Positions 49,672 through 62,657 of a stretch of DNA of 64,000 nucleotides are shown piece after piece (position 1 is the stretch's first letter; each line of letters opens with the position of its first letter). The notes under the pieces are model-generated. The model worked only from the letters and a program-made list of their open reading frames with translations, searched no databases and was not told where the DNA came from. A program made the position numbers and the translations under genes. Source of the stretch: Eledone cirrhosa. Its lineage: Eukaryota. Location: the NCBI GenBank assembly GCA_964016885.1, contig OZ024740.1, forward strand, positions 144,894,001 through 144,958,000, read 5' to 3'.

Positions 49672-49889
49672 AATCATTATATATGTAAGGTTAAATTTGC
49701 CTTTCATCCTTACGGGGTCGATAACATAAAGTACCAGTAATGCACTGGAGTAACACCGACAGATGAGCAAAATAAATTAATTTCTTTCCTTTTTTTTCTT
49801 TCCTTATGTTTTCATATTCTGACAGAGAGAGGGGCAGGGAGAGGGAGAGAGAGATAATAAAGATCTCTGGTATTTAGTTATACGTGATC

Positions 49890-50230
49890 TAACTGGAATG
49901 GACCTCCGACGGTTTCAACTGTTGTTTGAGCAACGAAACAGCCAGCTCATGAAATTAACGTGTAAGTAGTTCAACATTCCAAAAACACGTGTACCCATTA
50001 AGCACTTCTCAAGGAGATTCAGCGTAATACAGTATGTGACTAGGCTGATCCTATGAATTGCTGGTTCAGTCCATCCAACGGACTTCCAAACCGTTTTCGT
50101 CTCCTAATTTCACTCACACGGCATGGATCGACCTGAGCCTATAGTAAATGACATTTGTCTAAGTGGGATCGAACTTAGGACCTAATGATTGCGAAGCAAA
50201 CTTATTAACCATTCGGCCATTGTGCGTTTA
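49890..50230 (-). mobile_element. tRNA-derived SINE (family B)
   Basis: Minus-strand head TGGCCGAATGG...GTTCGATCCC (A and B boxes); homologous to 39035-39520. Confidence 0.75.
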
Positions 50231-50619
50231 CTACAGGATCTAACTGGCGATTGACTGCTGTAATTAGTAGGATAGTGACACAAAGCAAGCCACCATTAAA
50301 CTACAGTACTTGTAATTCTAAGTGGGAACATATCAGTTCAATGTGGGCCTTGCCAATTGAAAGTGAGACTAAGGATTTCTAAATGAAACTTTACCACTTA
50401 AAAGTGAGAATAGCGATTCCAAAATGAGATTAACACAAAAGGATTTGACTGTTATTTTGAGAGACGAACAGAGCATGATAACATTGTAACATCATTTGAA
50501 ATGTCAACAATGTGAAATTGCCTGGTTAATTATAAGCTTTTATTAACTCCGTAATGAGGCAAAAAAACCTCCACCCTACCACCATCACCACCACGACTAC
50601 TGCTACTACTAATAATAAT

Positions 50620-50943
50620 TGTTTCTACTTTTGGCACAAGGCTAGCAATTATCCCAGTGTATTACTGGTACTTTATTTTATCGACCCCGTAAGGATAAAA
50701 GGCAAAGTTAACCTCGAATAATAATAATGGTTTCTTATATAGGCACAAGGCCAGTAATTTTGCGGGGAGGGGAAAGTCGATTAAATCGACCCCAGTGCGT
50801 GACTGGTACTTTATTTTATCGACTCCGCAAGGATGAAAGGCAAAGTCAACCTCGGTGGGATTTGAACTCAGATCGTAAAGGGACGTAACTATGCTGGAAA
50901 GCATGGCGTCCGACCCTCTACCGATACTGCCAATCCACCGCCC
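50620..50943 (-). mobile_element. Two tandem SINE family A copies (short fragment 50620-50717, full-length 50730-50943) separated by (AAT)n
   Basis: Minus-strand head GGCGGATTGGCAGTATCGGTAGAG...GAGTTCAAATCC; (TTA)n tails. Confidence 0.8.
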
Positions 50944-50944
50944 T

Positions 50945-52829
50945 AATAATAATAATAATAATGGTTTCATTTATTGGCTACAAGGACCGACATATAGGGT
51001 ACAATACAAAGACAGGGGCAGTAGGGGTCTACAATAAAATCAAGTAAAAATCGAAAATAACGATAACAATAAACAAGAAAAATACAACAATGAAAATTCC
51101 CCAATAAGAGGGATAACCACCGAAGGTCGACTCAGGTACCCCACCAATCCTGAACTACACGACGCTTCGAGGGCAATCGGGAAGGGCACCCCTCTCCCCT
51201 TCAAATTAACCAGCCTACAGGTGCATGATCAGAGTAGGGGCTCTCACACGGGCCATTCTCGCCACATTCACCTACGTTTTAGCAAATGTACTGGGGGGCG
51301 GCACTTCTCCCTCCACCCTCACCTTCCTTTCCAAATGAAACTTGAAAAGGTTGATGAGGGACTGGCCGTAGAGAAAAGTGTCTGTCTTCAGTCCTTTCAT
51401 CCTGGTCCACCACACAACCACTTTCGCTACCGCCACCAGAAAGAGGAAAACTTCCTGCTCCCGGCCAAAAGAAGGCGGTGGGACGATATTCGCTATGGAC
51501 TCGGTTGATAGTTGGATCCGTTCTACATGCGACAACAGCTGTTCGACATAAGAAGTCGGTAATGCACGGACACTGGACGAGTGCGTACAGAAGTTTCGTC
51601 GCTCTGTGTACATCCTCGGACAGGTCCGTCTGACAGCACTTCCGTGCCTGTAGAATTTATCTCGAACCGGCAGTATCCCCGGTAGTACTGCCAAGCGAAG
51701 GATTTCTGGAAGTTATCCATAGTCCTCGGCTCGAAAGTCCTCCAGAACAGACTGGTCAGTTCGACTTAGTCGACGCCCGGATCCTCTCTGAGTGCCTCGT
51801 CGCGTTTGCCCACCACTAAACCTCTATAGAACTCGAGAGTGGAAGTTCCACTGACCACATTGCTCGCCTAGTAGAGGACAGTGAGCGCCTGGCAACTGTC
51901 CAGATGCCAGGGCCCAGTTTCGGTCTCTTCTTGAACCAGGACTGCAGCTCAGTCAAAGAAACGAGCTGCGAAAAGGCCTGTCTCACAAACGGCGAGCACA
52001 TCTATTCAGCGTTTAGGCAGAATATCTGAAGATGACGCCGCATAAGCGAATGTTACGCATCATTAGCTACGGCATTCCCAGCCCTCCGCGTAGAAGGTGC
52101 TGGCAGCAGATGGAACCCCTCACCAACAGAACCTGTCCCTTCCACAAGAAGTTGAAGAGGAGCCGCTCCAATTTGGCGAGGTGCGAGTTGGGGCACGGCA
52201 CGACGACCAGGCGTTAGTAGATGACGAACACGATGTTCACGTTCGCCACCTTTCAAAGACAGCTTCTTCTCAACCTATTTCTGGGTGAGAGTGGATAACC
52301 TGTTCGTAACCTCGTCTCAATTCTTACCCACCTGGAGGTCAGGTCTGAACCAAACCCTGAGCAACTTTACCAGTCCGTCCGTGCAGCGCCTGACGATGCT
52401 GTTGTATGGCATAGACTTGCCTCTCCAGGTGCCGAGCTGCAAGCCCACCGACATTTCCAAGTAGGTGCCGGCCATCTCGATTTCCAAGGTGTTTGACACC
52501 ATCACGGTGATGTCTGCATATGCCGACACAACCTTTCCGCGTCCCGGTTCGAGTGGGATACCCTGAAACAGCTCCAGCTTTCGCAGCAAAGGCTCGAGGA
52601 TCAATAGGTGTAGAAGGGAGGAGAGAGGGCACCAATGATGGATGGATGGATCGATCGATCTGAAACGGTTCCGAAAGATGGCCATTAACTTTGACCACCG
52701 AGCAGATGCCACTGTACATTGCAGCGATTCAGCCTCTGACGGCGGGACGGAAGTCAGCTGCCTTGAGGACAGCCTCCAGGTATCGATGGTGAACCCTGTC
52801 GAAAATTTTCGATTGATCTAAATTGATCA
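50945..52829 (-). mobile_element. Tx1/L1-clade LINE, 3' part of ORF2 plus 3' UTR (decayed)
   Basis: NLDQSKIFDRV, VKVNGHLSEPF, CPLS..L, SAYAD, LPVRDKFYRHG...CPR; ends at an (AAT)n tract. Confidence 0.85.
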
Positions 52830-55800
52830 CTTGTACTTGTACTTGTACTTGTACTTGTGTCGACATTCACCCTGGACGGGTTGAGCCGGCTTCTTCCCTT
52901 GTCCTGACGGCATCCCAAACCATGGCAGCTCACGCACGACGGTCCCGGGCTAGGTCACTGGAGATAGCGAGCCAGTCACGGTTCCATCGGCGCAGGCCGA
53001 CCACCTGCGGACCTGAGAGTTCGGAGAGGTCCTCCCTGATCGTCGTTGCCCAGGTCTTCAGCTGCCAGCCAACGCGCTTGCGCCAGTTAGGGAGTGGAGG
53101 TGGGAGGAGAACATCGCGGATCAGCTCACCCTCAGGGCGCCGGGCTGCGTGACCAAACGATCTCAAGCGTCGTTGCAGAAGCACTGAAGGAAGGAGTCGA
53201 AGATTCAGGCGAAGACGAAGACTGGTGGTAGGTACCCGATCAACGCGTCGGCAGCGAAGAATGCGGCGGAGACAGTCATTGTCGAAGACCTCCAGCCCTC
53301 GTTGATCGACTACCCTCATAGGCCATGTTTCACAGCCATAGAGGGGGATAGTGCGAACGATGGCCTGGTAGATTAGCCCTTTGGTCGCCGAGTTGATCTA
53401 TCTTCTGCTCCACAGACACCGCTGGAGGTGCCCAAAAGCGGATCTGGCAGCACCTATGCGACGCTTGACCTCGGCTGCGCCCTGTCCCTTTGGAACCACT
53501 GTTGAGTCCAAGTAAACGAAGGACTCCACATCCTCCAGGTCCACGCCCTCGAGAGATATTGGCTGCCAGTCATCAGGCGAGACCAGTGACGTCATGACTT
53601 TCGACTTGGCGGCATTGATTCGTAGACCAACAGCGGCGGCTGCAGTGTGCACCCTTTCGAGAGCACCCTGTACATCTGTCCCGTTAGCGCCCATCAGCAC
53701 GATGTCATCCGTGTAAGCCAGGTCCGTCACCACGACCCTTCTCCCGACCTCTACGCCCGGGTAATCCCGGAGCGCTGTGTTGAGAGTGTAGTCAATGGCG
53801 TAGTTAAAGAGAGTTGGCGATAGCGCACACCCCTGCCGAACACCGGTCCCAACATCGAACGACTCCGTCTCCCCACCATAGACCCTCACTCGAGCCCAAG
53901 TCGACCGGTAGTAGCCTTGTATGAGACGAAGCAGCTTCACTGGGATGCCGTCCGCCTGCATTATACGCCAGAAGGCTTCCCGATCTACCGAGTCGAAGGT
54001 AGCTGCAAAGTCGATGAAGCAGAGGACGGTAGGCTGTTGATATGCCCACCGTTGTTCCAGGACACGCCGGAGATTGAAGATTTGATCAACGCACCCCTCC
54101 CCGGACGGAAGCCGCCCTGAGAAGGACGGGTACGGACATCACGGATGGCCTGGAACCTCTTCAGCAGAAGAATTGCGAAGGTTTTGGCAGCAACGTCAAT
54201 TAAACTGATACCTCTGTAGTTGGAACACAGTTTCCTGTCGCCTTCTTTGAAGAAGGGTAGGAGAGTTGCCTCGCTCCAGTCACCAGGGAACCGCTCCGTC
54301 GCCCACACCGAGGAAAAGACTCGATGGAGCCAAGCTGCGAAGACATCAGTCTCAGCCTTGTAGACCTCAGCTGGAACGCCATCTTCGCCCGGCGCCTTGT
54401 TGTTCCGGAGATGTGTCAGGACACTACGTACCTCCTCGACCGTTGGAGGGGCAGTGCTGCACCCGTATTCTTCTCCGGAAGGCTGCACGTAGGTTGGCGT
54501 GGGTGGTGGCGGGTGGTTGAGCAGCTCAGAGAAATGGTCCCGCCATTGGACTAGCCGGTCATTAAGATTGGTAATGACCGCCCCGTTCCGATCACGGATT
54601 GTCTCGCTGATACCCCTACTGCTTCGGCTGGCCCGCTTCACCAGTTGGTAGAGCTTGCGCGAGTCACCACAGGCTGCTGCCCTCTCCGTCTGCTCCGCAA
54701 ATTCGCGCCAATATGCATTCCGATCGGCCCGAATAGCCCGAGATGTGCGACGTCGGAGATCTCGAAGATTGGGTGCACCCTCGAGTCGGGCCACTCTTGC
54801 CCTCTTCGCGAGTTCAAGAGTGCCGCCGGAGATCCAGTCCCGATGGCGTCTTTGGGTCGACCCGAGATGCTCCCTGGCTACCTCAACCGTCGCCGCTCTC
54901 AGCGCGTTCCACTGCTGATCTGGTTGCTGTTCCACTTCGTTACTCAGCATTTGGAATCGGTTTCGCAGCTCTAGCCGGAAAGCATTTCCAGCATTGAGCT
55001 TGAGTTGCGAGATGTAGATCCTTTTCTGGCGGTTGGGAGGAGGTTTCGCCTGCAGCCGCAGACGAAGGGTTGCTCGAACAAGAGTATGGTCTGACCCATG
55101 CTCACTGCCCGTATCAGCCCCTCGATACACACGCGAGTCCATCACGAGCTGGCCCACCGAGATCTGACCAGGATGTAGTCAATCTGATTGGCCGTTCTTC
55201 TGTCACTGGATCGCCACGTGATGAGGTGACGCCGAGGATGTTGGAACCGGGTGTTGGTGACGATAAGACGATTGGCATCAGCGAAGGACGCGAGTCGTTC
55301 ACCATTGTCACAGCGTACGCCTAGGGCGAAGCGTCCTAGACTCTTCGGCGCATTCCAGTCCCCAGAGACAATGAGAACATTACTGGAGGGGGCGCCATCC
55401 ACAGTTGTTTGGAGATCGGCATAGAACTGCGTCTTGTCCGCCTCATCCACATTGAGTGTGGGAGCGTAGACGGCAATTACGCTGAAGTTGGAGATTTGAC
55501 CCTTCAATCGAACCAGCGCGAGTCGGTGTGAGATTGGCTGCCACGCCAGCAGAGCCGCTTGCGCATCGGAGCTGAGCGCTACAGCGACCCCGTGAAGGCT
55601 ACTGTTGTCAGTCACGCCACTATGGTACAAGTGGTAGGAGATGTCCTCGCCAGGAACTTTGATCGGAAGATGACCAACATCGGGAAGTCGAACTTCTGAA
55701 AGGCGAGCGACACTAACGCAGTTCCTGTGCAGAGCCTTCATTGTAAGTGCCTGGACACCGTCGTCACGAAGTGTTCGGACGTTCCAGCACGCCACCCTCA

Positions 55801-55985
55801 ATTCCTTCCTTCGTCTGAAGAGCGGGACTACTGCGGGAGTAGTCTGTAGAGCCATAGCGGTAGGAGCGCTGTTGCTTTGCATTGCATTCGTAGCGGGAAG
55901 GCAATTCGTATTCATATTTCATATTTGTAGGATTCATGGAAGAAGTGTCATGGGAGTAGTGAATTCACAAGCGGTCCCCCCAAAA
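52830..55985 (-). mobile_element. Near-full-length RTE-clade LINE (~3.16 kb, APE + RT) with a few frameshifts
   Basis: APE: CWNVRTL, LSEVR, VYAPT, GDWNA, NQIDYILV, SDH. RT: NYRGISL, GVRQGCALSP, YTDD. 3' tail (ACAAGT)5; TSD AAATTGATCA / AAATTGACCA. Confidence 0.95.
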
Positions 55986-56120
55986 AAATTGACCAGAGCC
56001 CCACCGAAGCCGGGTTTACACCCAACCCTCTCTACGACGTATCACATGAGGTGGATGTTGTCGTGTATGGACCTAGTCGGGATTGCGCAAGTTTGCGCCT
56101 CCACTACCAAAATCTCATTG
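55986..56120 (-). mobile_element. Upstream continuation of the interrupted Tx1/L1 RT
   Basis: EAQTCAIPTRSIHDNIHLM...GGALVN joins LDQSK at ~52820 across the RTE insertion. Confidence 0.85.
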
Positions 56121-56124
56121 AAGT

Positions 56125-56550
56125 GACCCTGCCTCTAAAAACCTGGACCGCAACCGACTGCATTGAGGACAGTTGCTAGGTATTTACCCTATCGATAACT
56201 TTCGATGGATCCAAATTGATTTGAGCCCCCATCGAAGCCTTGTGTATTACCTACCCCTCTATGATATATCTTATGCGGTGAAGCTTACCGTGGCTGAGAT
56301 TGTGCATATTTGCGATTTTTCGATGAACCACCGACGACAAACACTAACCTCTTTGCAAGCACATTGACGAAAATCTCAAACTTTGCATTCAGCAGAGTTA
56401 TGGGCAGGAAATTATCAATTGCGTCCCTTTTGTGTGCGTCTTTTCTCAGTAATATTACCACTATTCAGCTTACAGAACCAGGAATTTTCCCATTCTACTG
56501 CCAGTTACAGTAAACGTTTGCCAAGGCATCCTTGAATACGTCTGGCATTG
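56125..56550 (-). mobile_element. Second, more decayed Tx1/L1 RT fragment
   Basis: DNFLPITLLNAK...LAKRL...GAQINLDPSKVIDRV; homologous to but diverged from 52730-52827. Confidence 0.7.
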
Positions 56551-56579
56551 GTTATGATTGCTTTAAGAAAGACAATACC

Positions 56580-56611
<32 letters not shown>

Positions 56612-57889
56612 CAATACCATCACGGTCTGTTGTAAACGTAAATCACGGTAATATCTGAAATAAATACGTTAGCCGCTCAAATCAAAAACAAATTTAACAA
56701 AAAAATACAGAAAATGTTATATGAACCCTAGTATGTACAACTCACACTTATTTTATGTATTAGATCATCATATGAACTATACATTGTTGTGATAGCAAGC
56801 GCACGTAAAACGAAGAACAAAAGAAAGCGTAGTGAACTTTTGGATGCAAAGAAAAGAACATGGATCGTCACAGTATGTACAACTGATACTTTTCAGACGA
56901 ATGAGACAAAACGAAACGAACTTTTAGACTCAAACTATATAAAACGAAACGGACAAAAAGCTACGCTAGTTTAATGCCCGTGACACATCATATATCATTA
57001 TAGCAACCCTACAACTCCAGCGTATTTCACATGCGGTATCCTTTCAAAAGGTTAACCTAAAAGAAAATGGCTCGTCCCTTAATGTCAGCAACCAAAATAG
57101 AAATAGAATTAAAAGAGAATTTCAAACCAATGAAAACTACGTTGAAATATAATATTCATACTACACTGCAACAACTATGAAATTAAGAAAGAGAATTAAC
57201 TAAAATTGAGAACATTAAATTAGACATAAATAGCAACATCAGGGAATCATCAAAAGACCAGAATCCTCAATACAGTTACTTGGAAATAGGTAAAATTGAA
57301 TACAATTCGACGAAACAAAAGAGAAAATGAAGAAAGAGCACTCCATAAGGGTCATACTTATATTAAAACTGAACTTATTGCTAGAAATAAGATAACGGGA
57401 ATAAATTAGGTAGATATTTCATTTTATACGCCTTCAAAATAAAATGGAAGAGCTTAGACAGGAAAAAAGAAAAAATCAGGAAACTACTGATATCGTTCCG
57501 AAAGCCATACTTTCTAGTCGATATAGATAGAATATACCTATCACACACATAAGGAGAGTGGGAGCTGATGAAAAAATAAAACTACAAAATAACAATAACG
57601 TGACTAGAAACTACTTAGAAACAAGCCACAAAGAGAGTAGCAACTTTTCTATATATATAAAGAAACTATTAGAATGTCAGATAGAATGCGTTGCTGTATT
57701 CGATCCAGCTCTCTGCGTTCTATGTTCAAACTCTGTCGACTTTGCCTTTCATCTTTTCGAGGTCTATAAAAAAAATTACCAGCCCAGTAGTGGGATCAAT
57801 TTTTTCTCCTATATCCCTTTCTCTTACCCTTCTCTCTATATCCCTTTCTCTTACTCCTCGGGAAGAAATCGTCTAGAGCAGGTTTAATT

Positions 57890-58310
57890 GCACCAGGTTT
57901 AAAATGCCCAACAAATGTCCAACAGACGGTGGTCTCCCGACTCTACCAGGGATTAGAGATCCATACATATTCATACAAAGAAACTATTAAGTACAAACTG
58001 AAAACTGGCCACACTGAAGAAAGACATTACTATAAGGAGATAACAACAGAAAACGTAAATAAAAACAAAACAAAAAACAAGCAAACAAACAAGACAAAGC
58101 ATAAAAGACACAATGAAAACAATTCCGAATTATACTGAGAAAAAATATATAGAGAAAAATTACTTCATGGCCAATAAGCAGCAAATCGACAAAGAAGTAG
58201 GCTAAAATGAAAGCTAAAACAAGTACAAAAATATGATCGGGAAAAAAGAAGATAACATTGAATGTAGACTGTGCGATAAAAACTAGGAGACTATTGATCA
58301 TGTAGTAAGC
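57890..58310 (+). mobile_element. R4/Dong-like non-LTR remnant; probable C-terminal piece near 59260-59340
   Basis: LHGQ, CRLCDKN*ETIDHVVS zinc-knuckle motif and IG..YILRK end motif; highly decayed. Confidence 0.5.
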
Positions 58311-60939
58311 AAAGCACTATTTGTCGCGGCGGAACAATTCGGTTGCGCTTGGTAAATCGCCGAGCCTCTAAACCGGCGGCGCAGAAATACCAAGAAACAA
58401 CTTCCGCCCACCAAATAAATTTGCGCTTCTTTTTTTTTTACTTCACTTTGCATTCACTTCGAGAAAATAAGACCTATTTACGTTACCGTGTCGATACTAG
58501 CATGATGTAACGTTAAAAAGAAATGTTGGCCCTATCGGCAAGGGACCAACCTCTTTCTTCCAACGCTTCATTTTTGTTTCACTTACTCATGTGGCATGCC
58601 GGTAGTATTTTATTGTAATATTTTACGGTTGAAAATAAACCCTTTGTAAAAATGTTTAAACAGCCTTCTGATATTTCTGCCACCATTGAATCTGCACACA
58701 TATTAAAAAGATTTTTCTGGCGTGATATGGGAAAATCATTTTTCCCAAGGTAATATCATTTCACCACAACAAGTGTGTACAGTTTTCGTTCCCTTAAATA
58801 GGACATAGCTTCTCTCGACTCACTGAGATAATCTTCACTTACACACTTGCCAAAGATTCATCTGCTTTCGTGACAACATCCAACAAGTAACTAAACATCC
58901 TTTTCTGCTATTACAAGAAAACATACTTTTATTGTTAAAATCACATCATCGCCAGCTGCCCTGTCCATCCCAAATCCAAATATATTCACAGAAACAATCA
59001 AGCCTGCAGGTTTGTTCGTTGTAAAATATGCCGACATTTCAACGTGGTAACCGGACAAGAAGTTCTATAATTATGTACCATATTTTTACCACTAGGGTGA
59101 TGAATGAGGAGACATTACAAGGACGAATCACTAAAAATGGCGGGGTTTTGTATAATATCGATTTTGTGAAAGCCGGCATGAAAAACAACAACAGCAATAA
59201 TTATAACAACAATAATAATAATGATATCTTTTTTTTTTAAATAATAATAATAATAATAAAGCATAGCACACATTTTACGAAAGCTCAGCACGCATTCTAA
59301 ATAGGTCCATCATACATCCTACGCAAGACATTTTTATGTGTAGTCGAATTCAATGGTAAAGTAATAGACCGTGACGTCTATTGGTTTTTGGAGTAGCGTT
59401 GAAACAGATTTATTTGGCATTCATTCCGGACAGCTATGATGTAATATGAGAAATATAACGAAATGAATCAGAATAATTTTCGTATAAATGCATCTACCTA
59501 CCGCTCGTAAGCTTTGGTGATCGGATGGGGATGAGGGAGGGTGGGGTCAGAATATTCAGGGAAGGACCCTAATTCGCAATAATTATAAGGCTGAATTTTA
59601 GAATAAGCTTATTTCCACAATTTTTTTTTCTAAATCTGAGGGCACAGCATTGGCAAATGAGGTGGAGGGCAAAGCGATCACGCGACACCATCCCCCCTCC
59701 TTACATGATGCAAAGAAATGAAGAAAGAGATTGTTGACTATCATAGTAGTGTTGGTGGCAGCAGTGACTTTGATATATCAACAGTCGATCGACTTTCGTC
59801 GAATCGGACCGAGGAAACAATGTTTCCATTGGTCTTTACAATTGCTAATACTCTCTATTGGTCGCACCTTGAGGTAGAAGGAGAAACGTGAAATAAAGTG
59901 TCTTGCCCAAGGACATAACACATCGCCCGGTCCGGGAATCGAACTCACAACCTCACAATTGCAAATCCAGTTCTCTAACCACTCAGCCTCGATCGATTTG
60001 TTGATATAGGCACAATGGAATATTCCACTATCAAATTTGGTAAGGTGTGAAAAGCTCAATGCACATTTGAGGTCTTTAGTAAGTAAGGAATTCAAAACAA
60101 TCGAAATAGTTTTCCGAGGGTTAAAGTTCTTGCTATTAAAGACTGAGGGCAGCAGAAAATAAATACACATTTAAAGTGAAGAGAACCAACGTTTTCAAAT
60201 TACATCTATTTTTGATATCTACAATCGTTTCTATACTGGTGATAAACTTACATGTGTATGCAGGCAACGAATCAATCAGTTATAATTAATTAGCAATTAT
60301 TCATACGATATACAAACACACCTGCATATCATCAGGATCATTGAGAGGGATTGAATTCACTCTATTTCTTATTCTCTCAGTTACTTCTTAATTACCAGTT
60401 TATTTTATTTGTTTCGTTTGAACTAAAATTGAGTTTGTTTTACTTTTTGCGTGATCACAAGGTCAGAAATTTTGGTAATTAGACAATCTATTATATCGAC
60501 CAGTACTTGATTGGGAATTATAGTAACAGCCCTAGAAAGATAAAAGGCATAATGCCAATGAAAAGCCGTTTAACAATTATAATGTCCACTCCGCCATTGT
60601 CACTACCTACTTCATAATTCTAATTTCTCTTACCGACACCATACTATTACAACTTAGTTCAACTTTCCTGCTTTTCATTCCTTGTCTTTTCTTTCTCGTT
60701 CACAATAGGAGATGATATGGGTCTATCTCCTCTTCATTTAGTTAATCTTAATTGTATATCTGTACGCTTTGATAACATAGCTATCTTCGGTAGTCACTCA
60801 GTGCTCATATTTGTAAATATTTCAGTGCTCATATTTGTGTCTTTCTTTTACCTTCCAACTGCATTTCTATTGAAAGTATTTGGTTTCTCTGTAACATAAA
60901 ATAAGCTTTTATATTAATGACTTTTCCATCAATAATTGT

Positions 60940-61062
60940 TTTTACTTTTAGCACAAGCCCAGCAATTACCCAGTGCATTATTGGTGCTTTATTTTATGGA
61001 CCTCGTAATGATGCAGGCAAAGTTAACTTCGGCTGGATTTGAATTCAGAACGTAAAGGACCA
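60940..61062 (-). mobile_element. SINE family A short-form fragment
   Basis: Similar to 28430-28530. Confidence 0.7.
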
Positions 61063-61109
61063 TTACTGAAGAGTTGTTCTAAAATTACAGCGTTCTCTGA
61101 TACTAAATG

Positions 61110-61860
61110 GCCCGGGTGAACATCCCCTCAGTCTTGAACCATCTGGGTTGTCCAGAAGTGACGGCAAAAGACCTGACGGCCTTACCCTGTGCCCTTGGTC
61201 GAGAGGCAGGTGCCTTGTCTGGGACGTCACTGTTAGTGACTCTTTTGCTCTCTCCCACATCCTGGATGCTGCGGTTAGGACGAGAGCCACAGCTTCCGCA
61301 GCCAAGCGGAGTAAGACCCTCAAATACTCTGATCTGTCGGCCAGCTACATTTTTCAGCCTGTGGCTTTCGAGACATTTGGGGAAGTCGGGCCGCTGACTG
61401 CGAGGTTCCTCTCTTCACTGGCGGCTCGCCTAATAGAAGTAACTGGCGAATCTCGCGAAGGCGCTTGGCTGTCCCAGCGCATTAGCCTCGCCATCATCCG
61501 AGGCAACGCTGCGAGTATGCTGGCTTGTCTCAAAAAGTCATTAGAGAGGTCGCCCAGTATCCCTCGCTGCTGTCTTTTGCTCTGGTGTTGGCTCGGTTGT
61601 TCACCCCTTCCTTTACACTTTCTTTACTGTTTTAAACGAGGATTTGATTGTTTTTTTGTTTTGTTTTTAGTACTGTTTGGTATTCCTTAAGTTTCCAACC
61701 AGTTTTTTTCCTCTCTTTTTTTTTTTATTTAAACATTGCCTTTCTCCCTTCCCTTCCCTTCCCCTAACCCTTTTCCTTACTTTCGTCATTTAATTTTTTT
61801 CCTTCTTTCTTTTTCTTTTTGTTATTGCAAACATTATATAACCGAATTGAAATTTGTCAA
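61110..61860 (+). mobile_element. 5'-truncated CRE-like non-LTR retrotransposon (restriction-like endonuclease plus 3' UTR)
   Basis: EPSGLSRSDGKRPDGLTL.PW..G..LVWDVTV...K..KY...F.PVAFETFG...QRISLAIIRGNA; PD-(D/E)xK RLE typical of the CRE clade. Confidence 0.8.
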
Positions 61861-62602
61861 ACCCAGTTCTAAAGGCAGCAGAAACAGATGAGCTGGAATC
61901 CTGCTTTGCCTATGACCAATTTTATGTAGGATACCCAAGACTTGAAAACCTTCAAAACACTTTATTTATACTATTGGTGGTAAATCCAAAAACATTGTGT
62001 ATCCTGAGGTGATGTTATGACAGTTTTCAGAATCTCTAAGGTTATGATGGTTACAGATCTAATGTCATAAAGCTAGGATTCGTTGCAATTCTTAATGTTA
62101 TTTCTTTATTGTTGCAATATTGTTTCTGGTCAGTTGCAATATTTGTGTGTGGATTCTCTCCACAGGCTAAAAGAATGAGTTTGCGTCCTCAAATTCCTGT
62201 TTCTATTGCTTTAAAATTCTTGAGAATTAAAGAATTTCAAGAAAAAAGATAAATTATTACGTTCATTTATAGTTTCAAATTAATTTAAACTGTGTTGGCA
62301 CCTACACAACCCTGCTCTTTTATTTAATATGCATTAATTAGCTATATGATATTTATACAACTAAAATATGAAGTATACTATTCATATTGAGTACATATCT
62401 GTAACGCAGTGCATTACACACCAGAAGGTTATAAACATTTTAAAAAACAAATTTATTTTCGACATGAATGTTAACTTTTCCAACGAAATCGAAAAACGTT
62501 CTATTAAAACGAATATTCCTTTAAGAACAAACCTGGTATATTTATAGCTACCTTTTAACATAGCGTCGAGTAGTTTGCTAGTAAGTATGTGTGTGTATGT
62601 AT

Positions 62603-62657
<55 letters not shown>

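Noticed and set aside
56185-56220. Apparent long TSD of the RTE element matching 52793-52827
   Set aside because: Too diverged for a young insertion. The true TSD is at 55986-55995 and this is a second Tx1 copy.
61060-61100. CTGAAGA followed by a stem (hammerhead-like); also CTGATGA at 49231
   Set aside because: No GAAA after stem II, so the core is incomplete.
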